From positions 1,530 through 65,529 of the forward strand of contig JBAXNW010000017.1 of the NCBI GenBank assembly GCA_037133555.1: a DNA stretch of 64,000 nucleotides, in the 5' to 3' direction. Position 1 is the first letter of the stretch, and every line of letters begins with the position of its first letter. Positions 19,875 through 28,077 of this stretch are shown here, piece by piece. The notes below the pieces were generated by a model. The model did not search any database, was not told where the DNA came from, and was given only the letters and a program-made list of their open reading frames with translations. Both the position numbers and the translations under genes were made by a program. The DNA comes from Bacteroidota bacterium. GTDB taxonomy: Bacteria; Bacteroidota; Bacteroidia; Bacteroidales; JACABE01.

Positions 19875-20876
19875 ATGAACGAACTTCCATCAAACAACTC
19901 AGATTTTATTTTATATACTTCTTCGGACGGTGAAGTAAGAGTAGATGTGTTCATTAACAGTGAAACTGTTTGGCTTACACAGAAAGCAATGGCACAGCTA
20001 TTCGGGTGTACTTCTGACAATATTTCTCTTCACTTGAAAAATATATTTAACGATAGTGAATTAGATAAAGATTCAGTTACCGAGGAATTCTCGGCAACTG
20101 CATCAGATGGAAAAAAATACAACACTAAATTCTATAATCTTGATGCGATTATTGCAATTGGTTATCGTATTAATTCGAAACAAGCTACTCAATTCCGTAT
20201 TTGGGCAACAAAAACCTTAAAGGAATACATTATAAAAGGATTTGTGTTGGACGATAAGAGGTTAAAACAAGGTGGTCAAGTGTTCGGAAAAGATTATTTT
20301 GAAGAATTACTTGAAAGAATTCGAGAAATCCGAGCTTCAGAAAGGAGATTTTACCAAAAAATAACAGATATTTATGCACAATGTAGCATAGATTATAATG
20401 CAAAATCTGATTTGACTTTAAACTTCTATAAAACAGTTCAAAATAAACTACATTGGGCAATTACAGGAAGTACAGCAGCTGAAATTATTGATAAAAGAGC
20501 AGATGCAGACAAACCAAATATGGGTTTGACAACTTGGAATAATTCACCATCTGGAAAAATTTTAAAGTCGGATACAAGTATTGCCAAAAATTATTTACAA
20601 GAGAAGGAAATCAGAGAGCTTAATCGATTGGTCGAATTGTATTTGAATTTTGCAGAACTTCAAGCAGAAAGAAATATTCCAATGAAAATGATTGAGTGGA
20701 TTGAAGTATTAGATTCATTTTTAAAAATCAATAGATACGACTTGCTTAATAATTTGGGAAGAATATCACACGAAGATGCTATTAAAAAAGCATCATTAGA
20801 ATATGAGAAATTTAGAATTGTCCAGGACCAAAAGTTTATTTCAGATTTCGACAATGAAACTAAGAAACTAACATAA
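19875..20876 (+). CDS. rhuM: Virulence RhuM family protein
   Basis: ETVWLTQKAMAQLF, YNLDAIIAIGYRINS..ATQFRIWAT, IREIRASERRFYQKITDIYA. Confidence 0.92.
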   Translation: MNELPSNNSDFILYTSSDGEVRVDVFINSETVWLTQKAMAQLFGCTSDNISLHLKNIFNDSELDKDSVTEEFSATASDGKKYNTKFYNLDAIIAIGYRINSKQATQFRIWATKTLKEYIIKGFVLDDKRLKQGGQVFGKDYFEELLERIREIRASERRFYQKITDIYAQCSIDYNAKSDLTLNFYKTVQNKLHWAITGSTAAEIIDKRADADKPNMGLTTWNNSPSGKILKSDTSIAKNYLQEKEIRELNRLVELYLNFAELQAERNIPMKMIEWIEVLDSFLKINRYDLLNNLGRISHEDAIKKASLEYEKFRIVQDQKFISDFDNETKKLT

Positions 20877-20880
20877 ATAT

Positions 20881-21666
20881 GATATGGTTTTTGATGACCC
20901 GCCTTACTTTCTATCAAACAATGGATTATCGATACAAAGCGGAAAGATTGTTAGCGTAAACAAAGGCGATTGTGACAAATCGGGAGGTTTTAAATACATT
21001 AATGACTTTAACCGTAATTGGATTTCATTAATTCGTGAAAAAATGAAAGAAGATGCCACAATTTGGATTAGTGGCTCAATGCACAATATTTTTTCAATAG
21101 GTCAGATCTTAAATGAATTAGGTTTTAAAATACTTAACATAATCACTTTGGAAAAGACAAACCCGCCACCAAACTTTTCTTGTCGATTTTTCACATATTC
21201 TACCGAACAAATTATTTGGGCAAGGAAATCTGAAAAAGTGCCTCATTACTATAACTACGAATTAATGAAACAATTGAATGGCGACAAAAAAATGAAAGAT
21301 GTTTAGAGACTTCCAGCTATTGCACCCTGGGAGAAATCTTGTGGAAAACATCCAACACAAAAAACACTTTCCGTTTTAACCCGTCTTATTTTAGCATCAA
21401 TAAAACCAAATGCTTGGATTATTGATCCTTTTACAGGAAGCAGTACTACAGGTATTGCAACCAATCTTGCAAATAGAAGATTTCTGGGAATTGACTAGTA
21501 AATTGACTTTTTGAATATCAGCAAGAACAGAAAAACTGAAATTGACAAAAAAAGTATCGCAACTTCTTTTCGCCAAAAGATTGGTGGATTTAATGATCCG
21601 AAAGAACTTGAACTTTTCCTGTTTCAATTGCCAAAAACAGAATACAAAACGGAATTTAATTTATGA
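20881..21666 (+). pseudogene. DpnA-like beta-class N6/N4 DNA methyltransferase pseudogene
   Basis: DPPYFLSN, HPTQK, DPFTGSSTTG motifs in one frame; N-terminus missing; internal stops at 21304 (TAG for Trp) and ~21496-21501 (TAG TAA). Confidence 0.88.
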
Positions 21667-21781
21667 GTTTACCAAATATGACTTCAAAAGGAAATCAGCC
21701 ATTGGCAGTATTTCCTGTAAATGGAAAATATGTTTTAGCTGTTTCATAAACAGAAGCGATTCAAACAATTTTTTAAATTGA

Positions 21782-21898
21782 GGGCTAAAGCCCATGTTAA
21801 TTGTAAATTCTTAGTCCCCGACTTAAAAGTCGGGGCTATTCATTAGCCCCGTCCTTTAGGTCGGGGTGAAAATAAGGAAAATGAACAGGGCTTTAGTC
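21782..21898. repeat. REP/BIME-like composite palindrome
   Basis: GGGCTAAAGCCC, CCCCGACTTAAAAGTCGGGG, CCCCGTCCTTTAGGTCGGGG, GGGCTTTAGTC arranged symmetrically. Confidence 0.75.
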
Positions 21899-21940
21899 AA
21901 GATTTTTAAATATGATTTATTTTATAGGATGCTGATTATA

Positions 21941-22128
21941 AATTTAATGGGTGTTAAAATATGTCTATTTGTATTAAAATAGCCAATGAAATTTACATCC
22001 CAATACCTAGGAAATATCAGTTGTTTATATAACACAGAGATCACTGAGCTAAAACCAAATTTTCTCAGTGCATCTCAATGATTTCTGTGTCTCTGTGGTT
22101 TTATATTTTTTACATTATTTAAAACAGA
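21941..22128 (+). repeat. ~190-bp direct repeat, copy 2
   Basis: Colinear with 19287-19476, with scattered substitutions. Confidence 0.88.
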
Positions 22129-22222
22129 TTGTAAATCATTCAAAACAAGCTATTTTATTCAGCTTAAACGTTAAGAATACATAATTAACCAACGATTAAC
22201 AACTTTATATGTGTTTGAATGT

Positions 22223-22230
22223 TATTTTTG
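22223..22230 (+). promoter_or_regulatory. -7 promoter box 5 nt upstream of the second Cys/His-rich leader gene
   Basis: TATTTTTG-tgccg-ATG. Confidence 0.65.
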
Positions 22231-22235
22231 TGCCG

Positions 22236-22721
22236 ATGAAAAAATTACTAACCTATATTGTGAGCTTTACTGCTCTCATTTTGTTTCTGGTATCTTCTAC
22301 CGGAATTAGTTTTGTGATTCATCATTGTTTTACTGCCCAAACAGAACATATTCAATTTTTTGCGAATACTTACAAATGTGAAACTGAAACAGAAGCTGTA
22401 AAACTAAAACCCAGCTGCTGTTGTGCAAAACATGCTGCAGCCCACGAAGATAAAAGCCTTCTTCATTTAGGGAAAAGCGATTGTTGCAAAAACACCTATC
22501 AGTTTTTAAAAATGACCTATCAGTACGAAAATACTCTTACTGTCATTCAACAAATTGTCGCTCATACTCCATTTATCTCAAGACTTATAGCAGTTTCCAG
22601 CAACAGTATTGAAACATTAACACATCATCAGCTCTACCATCCGCCTCCCTTGCAGATGTTTGGTAAATACCTGATTCATTTTATTCATAATCTTAAGATA
22701 CCTTTCCCTTCTTATTGCTAA
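22236..22721 (+). CDS. Cys/His-rich exported small protein (HYC_CC_PP-like), paralog of 8980..9426
   Basis: MKK..FLVSSTGISFVIHHC, CCC, DCCKNT, LYHPPP; ATG 22236 aligns with the paralog start. Confidence 0.8.
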   Translation: MKKLLTYIVSFTALILFLVSSTGISFVIHHCFTAQTEHIQFFANTYKCETETEAVKLKPSCCCAKHAAAHEDKSLLHLGKSDCCKNTYQFLKMTYQYENTLTVIQQIVAHTPFISRLIAVSSNSIETLTHHQLYHPPPLQMFGKYLIHFIHNLKIPFPSYC

Positions 22722-22756
22722 ATTTAGTTTGCTTTAAGTTATGATTTTATTTTATT

Positions 22757-22855
22757 GAGATTCCTCGCTTTTGCTCGGAATGACAAAAATAACATCTGTC
22801 CATTAACTATTGCAGACTTTATTTGCTTTTGTCATGCTGACAAAGAAAGCATCTC
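22757..22855. repeat. Inverted pair of REP-like elements (GAGAT..TGACA / TGTCA..ATCTC)
   Basis: GAGATTCCTCGCTTTTGCTCGGAATGACA (22757-22785) and TGTCATGCTGACAAAGAAAGCATCTC (22830-22855). Confidence 0.7.
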
Positions 22856-22944
22856 GAAAATATAAACAATTTGTATATTCATTTCTGATCCTACATAGCG
22901 TTTATTAAAAATAAGAATATTGTAATTAAATAATTATGAAATAA

Positions 22945-25260
22945 ATGAAAATTAAAATAATACTAGCAACGCTGATGTTGCTCAGCACAATTCCCGTTAT
23001 TTCTCAGAATATAACAGGAAGTATTTTTGAAATCAACGATAAAAAAGAAAAAAACTCCATCGTAGGCGTAAATGTCTATTGGATAGGAACTACAACCGGT
23101 ACATCCAGCAATGCTGAAGGTAAATTTCAGCTTCCCATTAAAGGTATTCACGATCAACGCCTGGTAATGAAAATGCTGGGTTTTAAAACCGATACCCTGA
23201 CAGTAAAAGATGCTAACGTCAAAATCGAACATCAATTACTTTCGGAAAATCAACAGCTAAATACGGTAGTAATTTCGGAAAGAAATGATAGCTATATTTC
23301 TAAACTCAATTCCCGCAATATTCAAGTAATTACAACCGGCGAACTTTTTAAGGCTGCCTGTTGCAACCTTTCTGAAAGTTTCGAAACCAATGCTTCTGTG
23401 GATGTTAGTTATAGTGATGCCATTACAGGGGCAAAACAAATTCAATTGCTGGGATTGTCGGGTATATACAGTCAGATACAAACCGAAAATTTTCCTTCGG
23501 TAAGAGGCATGGCTTCTACTTTTGGTTTAAATTATATCCCCGGTTCCTGGATGGAATCCATACAGATTGCAAAAGGAACTTCTTCGGTCATCAATGGCTT
23601 TGAATCCATTACAGGTCAGATCAATGTGGAGTACAAAAAACCCGTCAATTCCGAAAAGCTTTTTGTGAATATCTATGCCAACAACCGTGCAAGATTAGAA
23701 ACCAATGTAACATCAGCCTTTAAACTTACCGATAAGTTAAGCACAATGCTGATGCTGCATACCGATAACTTCAATCAAAAGATTGATAATAATCATGATA
23801 ATTTTATGGATCTTCCGAAATTGAATACCATCAATATTTTCAATCGTTGGGATTATATGAATCCAGGGAAATTTACATCAAGATTCGGTGTTAAATATAT
23901 GGAAGAACACCGTGATGGAGGAAGCATGGATTATGACAAATCAAGTTTTGTGTTGGATACTGCTAAAATAAACAAAAAGTCACAAGCTTATGGTTTCAAT
24001 TTAACAACTCGCAGGGGTGAAGTTTTTTGGAAGAACGGAATTATATTTCAGTCAAAACCTTTTACCAGTCTAGCACTGATCATGAATGCCACCAATCACG
24101 AACAGAAAGGATATTTTGGAATTAATAATTATTATGGACGCGAACGGACTTTCTATGCCAACTTGCTTTTTTCTTCAATTATAGTAAATAAAAATCATAA
24201 GTTTACAACTGGTTTGAGTTATATCTTAGATAATTACGTTGAGGAATTCGATCAACAACTTTTTGTTTACAATTACCAGGTTCCTGGCAGTGATCTTAAT
24301 TTATTTACAGTTCATCATTCAGTCAACTATTTATACAATCTCAACCGTGAAGAATCCATACCAGGTGCCTATTTTGAATATACATTTACACACAATGATA
24401 AACTAACTGTAATTGCTGGAATGAGAGCCGATCACCACAACAAATTCGGGATGTTCTATACACCCCGTTTAAATCTTCGTTATCATTTTAATGAATCAAC
24501 AGTTATAAGAGGTTCGATAGGTTTAGGATACAGAACAGCCAATGTAATATCTGAAAATCTTTCCTTGCTGGCCAGTCAGCGTTCCTTTGTTTTTGCAACT
24601 GATTTAAAGCAGGAAAAGGCCTTGAATTTTGGTGTAAATTTTACCAAAACTTTTACTTTGTTCGGCCGCAATGCTGAAATAGATATCGATCTGTATCGTA
24701 CCAACTTCGAAAATCAGGTAATTGTGGATTTAGAAAAAACACCGACGATTGCTTATTTTTATAACCTGAACGGCCAGTCTTATTCAAACAGCTATCAGGC
24801 ACAAATTAGTATGGAGCCACTTAAACGATTGACATTGTTGGTTGCTTATCGTATCAATGATGTTCAGGCAACGATAGATGGAGTATTGCAGCAACGTCCT
24901 TTTGTAAATAAATACAAAGGCTTGATTACATTGTCTTACGCTAGCCGTTTCGACAAATGGAAATTCGACTTCACCACTCAGTTTAACGGAAGTGCCCGTT
25001 TACCCAATCAAAGTCTGATGCCTGCTATCATCAAAAGGGCAGAAACTACCCCTGAATATGTTATTTTTAATGCTCAGGTTAGTAGGAAATTTAAACATTT
25101 TGATGTCTACTTGGGTGGCGAAAACCTGGGAAATTTTACACAAAAAGATCCTATTACAGAAGCTTTTGCACCTTATCATTCGCATTTTGATACGACCATG
25201 ACCTGGGGGCCAATTGTAGGCACCACTGTTTATGCGGGTTTGAGGTATACCATCAAATAG
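22945..25260 (+). CDS. TonB-dependent receptor with Cys-Cys plug motif (putative metal transporter)
   Basis: Carboxypeptidase-regulatory-like N-domain, KAACCNLSESFETN plug, C-terminal YAGLRY. Confidence 0.88.
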   Translation: MKIKIILATLMLLSTIPVISQNITGSIFEINDKKEKNSIVGVNVYWIGTTTGTSSNAEGKFQLPIKGIHDQRLVMKMLGFKTDTLTVKDANVKIEHQLLSENQQLNTVVISERNDSYISKLNSRNIQVITTGELFKAACCNLSESFETNASVDVSYSDAITGAKQIQLLGLSGIYSQIQTENFPSVRGMASTFGLNYIPGSWMESIQIAKGTSSVINGFESITGQINVEYKKPVNSEKLFVNIYANNRARLETNVTSAFKLTDKLSTMLMLHTDNFNQKIDNNHDNFMDLPKLNTINIFNRWDYMNPGKFTSRFGVKYMEEHRDGGSMDYDKSSFVLDTAKINKKSQAYGFNLTTRRGEVFWKNGIIFQSKPFTSLALIMNATNHEQKGYFGINNYYGRERTFYANLLFSSIIVNKNHKFTTGLSYILDNYVEEFDQQLFVYNYQVPGSDLNLFTVHHSVNYLYNLNREESIPGAYFEYTFTHNDKLTVIAGMRADHHNKFGMFYTPRLNLRYHFNESTVIRGSIGLGYRTANVISENLSLLASQRSFVFATDLKQEKALNFGVNFTKTFTLFGRNAEIDIDLYRTNFENQVIVDLEKTPTIAYFYNLNGQSYSNSYQAQISMEPLKRLTLLVAYRINDVQATIDGVLQQRPFVNKYKGLITLSYASRFDKWKFDFTTQFNGSARLPNQSLMPAIIKRAETTPEYVIFNAQVSRKFKHFDVYLGGENLGNFTQKDPITEAFAPYHSHFDTTMTWGPIVGTTVYAGLRYTIK

Positions 25261-25387
25261 CACATTTTTTGCAATAAAACATAATCAATAAAAAGAAAGA
25301 ATCTAATAATTAAACTCAAAGAAACAACTTATCAAACAGATAAGTGTTTATAATAAAAACAATCAATAAATCTAAAAAACAAAAACA

Positions 25388-25756
25388 ATGAAACAAATCA
25401 ATGGTAAATTAATTGCAGTAATGCTTGCAGCTGCAATACTTTTGGGGCAGAATGTATATGCTCAGGTAAAAAAAGCTGATAAATACAGCGAAATTAAAAT
25501 TAAAACATCGGCTCAATGCGGCATGTGTAAGGAAACCATCGAAAAAGCCATGGCTTTTGAAAAAGGTGTAAAAACTTCTGATTTGAATGTTGATACAAAA
25601 GTTGTAACTGTAAAATATGACGCTGCTAAAACTTCACCTGAAAAAATCAGACTGGCTGTGAGTAAAGCAGGTTATGATGCTGATGATGTGAAAGCCGATC
25701 CTAAAGCATATAGCAAATTATCCCCCTGTTGTAAAAAAGACGGACATAAAAAGTAA
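25388..25756 (+). CDS. Exported heavy-metal-associated (HMA) domain protein
   Basis: Signal VYA-Q; CGMCKETIEKA; GY; AYSKLSPCC. Confidence 0.9.
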   Translation: MKQINGKLIAVMLAAAILLGQNVYAQVKKADKYSEIKIKTSAQCGMCKETIEKAMAFEKGVKTSDLNVDTKVVTVKYDAAKTSPEKIRLAVSKAGYDADDVKADPKAYSKLSPCCKKDGHKK

Positions 25757-25765
25757 TTAGGTAAT

Positions 25766-25809
25766 AATTGAAAAGGCCTCAGGCAAAACGGCAAGAGGCT
25801 TTTTCAATT
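25766..25809 (+). terminator. Stem-loop after the HMA gene
   Basis: AATTGAAAAGGCCTC...GAGGCTTTTTCAATT. Confidence 0.6.
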
Positions 25810-25886
25810 GCTTTTTAGGTTTATCTTTCAGATATATATTGTTTTAAGATTTTAAGTTGAATGAATTAATAATAAAAAAAATAACG

Positions 25887-26663
25887 ATGAAAAAAATAAT
25901 ATTCTTTATAGCCACGGTATGTATTTCGTTTTTTGCATCGGCTCAGATTGCACCCAATTTCACCAGTAATGATTGTAATGGGACGAGTTATGATTTATAT
26001 TCCCAGCTCGATGCAGGGAAGGTAATTGTAGTTTGTTGGGTAATGCCTTGTTCTACTTGCGTTCCTGCCACAAAGACATCCTACAACGTTGTTCAGAGTT
26101 TTCTAACATCCAATCCAAACAAGGTATTTTTATACCTTTGTGATGATTATGGCGACACACCCTGTGCTTCCATAAATAGTTGGGCCAATGGGATCAGTGT
26201 TCCGGCATCAGCTTCTTCTTTGAGATTTTCAAATTCAGCAATCAACATGGCCAGTTATGGAGCTGTAGGTATGCCTAAAATTATTATTGTCGGAGGTAGT
26301 TCTCATAACATTCTTTACAGTGCAAACGTTAGTGTGGATGGACCAGCAATGCAGACAGTAATCAACAATGCATTGAATGCTAGCAGTGTTGAAGAATCAA
26401 TAAGTATTGCTTCAGACTTAAGTATTTTTCCTAATCCTGTAAATAATACCTTGAATTTAACAGTTTCAATGGCAAAGCAATCAAATGCTACAATTGAAAT
26501 ATATGATATGCTGGGAAATAAAGTATACACAAATACTGATAAATTTTCGAAAGGCATCCACAACATCGAAATCAATACAGGTAAATTTGACAATGGTATT
26601 TATTTTGTGAAATTAAATGATAGTTTTAAAAGTAAAATATTAAAATTCAACGTAAGTCATTAA
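25887..26663 (+). CDS. Thioredoxin/AhpC-like fold protein with T9SS type A CTD
   Basis: APNFT..D..G, GKVIVVCWVMPCSTC, cis-Pro-like GMP, IFPNPV...GIYFVKL CTD. Confidence 0.78.
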   Translation: MKKIIFFIATVCISFFASAQIAPNFTSNDCNGTSYDLYSQLDAGKVIVVCWVMPCSTCVPATKTSYNVVQSFLTSNPNKVFLYLCDDYGDTPCASINSWANGISVPASASSLRFSNSAINMASYGAVGMPKIIIVGGSSHNILYSANVSVDGPAMQTVINNALNASSVEESISIASDLSIFPNPVNNTLNLTVSMAKQSNATIEIYDMLGNKVYTNTDKFSKGIHNIEINTGKFDNGIYFVKLNDSFKSKILKFNVSH

Positions 26664-26700
26664 TTTTCTTGCAGTTTAATAATAATTAAATACCATTTAT

Positions 26701-27735
26701 ATGCAACTAAAAACATTCCGTTTATGGGTTTTAATAATCCTCATTTTCTTTAGTTTTAATACAAAAACCTGGGCACAGTGTTGCGGAGGCGGTGGGGGTA
26801 GTCCTATTGCTGGAGGTTCGTCACAAGGTGTATTGCAAGAAAATCAGGTAGAAATCAATACAAATTTTCAATATATTCATACAACTAAATTCTTTTCAGG
26901 TGACAAACCCGACACTAATTTTCTGGATAGCTACAGCAGTTCCTATAGTTATACCCGTTTAGCATATGGTCTTTCAAAGAAACTTACAATTTCTTTGGAA
27001 ACCGGATATTGGTTAGATAAGACGGAAGTAGGAAAGAATAAGTCGGTTACTTATAAATCTTCAGGAATAGGCGATCTGATAATTTTCCCACGATACAATG
27101 TTTTTAACATCGAAAAAAATCATAAAAAAACTGAATTGACAGTTGGCATTGGTTTTAAAATTCCATTGGGATCCTATAATGATTCTACAAAAATAGTAAG
27201 TTCGGATCCTTTTTTAGGCAGTTATTTTATTACTAAACCTTTATCTGTTCAAACTTCATCGGGCTCACAAGATCTGATTTTTTATACATTTATTTCAAGA
27301 ACCTATTCATTGTATGATTTCAGGGTATTTGCAAATGCACTCTATGTAAAAAAAGGCTGGAATCCGATAGGGGAAAAGTTAGGTGATTATGCGAGTGTAG
27401 GAATTTTCGCCGGTAAAACCTTCTTTAAAAACCTGGGGGTTACCTTTCAGGTCAAAGGAGAATGGATAGCTAAAATGAAATTGAATGAAACAGTTCTCTT
27501 AAATGCATACCCCAATTACGATCCTCTGGCAACCGGAAGTAAAAAAGTGTTTTTTGTTCCACAAATCAGTTACAACTACAAAGGATTTGTAATCTATGCA
27601 TTAAGTGAAATTCCCGTTTACCAATATGTTACCAAGATACAAATTGCTTCGCAGTTCCAGACAACACTGGGAATTTCATACAGGTTTATGGCTAAAAAAG
27701 CTTGCGCAATAAATCCTGTAATTGAAGTTAAATAG
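26701..27735 (+). CDS. Putative outer-membrane beta-barrel (MetA-pathway/transporter-like) with N-terminal QCCGGG
   Basis: Signal TWA-Q, CC at the mature N-terminus, SGIGD, GFKIPLG, alternating aromatic strands. Confidence 0.65.
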   Translation: MQLKTFRLWVLIILIFFSFNTKTWAQCCGGGGGSPIAGGSSQGVLQENQVEINTNFQYIHTTKFFSGDKPDTNFLDSYSSSYSYTRLAYGLSKKLTISLETGYWLDKTEVGKNKSVTYKSSGIGDLIIFPRYNVFNIEKNHKKTELTVGIGFKIPLGSYNDSTKIVSSDPFLGSYFITKPLSVQTSSGSQDLIFYTFISRTYSLYDFRVFANALYVKKGWNPIGEKLGDYASVGIFAGKTFFKNLGVTFQVKGEWIAKMKLNETVLLNAYPNYDPLATGSKKVFFVPQISYNYKGFVIYALSEIPVYQYVTKIQIASQFQTTLGISYRFMAKKACAINPVIEVK

Positions 27736-27890
27736 AGTTGGTTATTGGTTATTAAGTTATTGGGTTATTGGGTTATTGGTTATTAGGTTAGTAGTTATTT
27801 GGATATTAGGTTGTTAAACTTCAATCTTCGGTCTTCTGACTTTCGTATTCTGTCTTCCGTCCTTTAGTTTTTTTTCTCTTCTCTTCTTTT
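27736..27890. repeat. Short tandem repeat tract (GGTTATTG-like and TCTTC-like)
   Basis: Degenerate 7-8-mers; similar tracts at 15946-15980, 35741-35800, 55377-55558, 60277-60411. Confidence 0.7.
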
Positions 27891-27925
27891 TTGTATTAAA
27901 AAAATACCTATTTTTGCAGCATGAA

Positions 27926-28006
27926 CTAAAAGGGGTGCCCCAAGATTACGGGCTGAGATCATACCCATTGAACCTGAACCAGGTAGTGCTGGCGGAGGGA
28001 ATTAGG
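27926..28006 (+). promoter_or_regulatory. TPP riboswitch
   Basis: GGGGTGC..GCTGAGA..ATACCC..TGAACCTGA..CAGGTAGTGCTGGCGGAGGGAA; -7 box TATTTTTG at 27909-27916. Confidence 0.92.
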
Positions 28007-28077
28007 GTAAACTTTATCAACAAATGGTTTTTCTCCCTATTACCATTTTAAAAGTTTAACTAAAATAATAAAATACA

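Noticed and set aside
21304-21501. Programmed stop-codon readthrough or recoding in the methyltransferase
   Set aside because: Multiple stops (TAG, TAG-TAA), missing N-terminus and motif erosion indicate ordinary decay; TAG is a normal stop elsewhere in the window
21542-21781. 79-aa ORF from the track
   Set aside because: Off-frame overlap with the MTase pseudogene tail; no recognisable features
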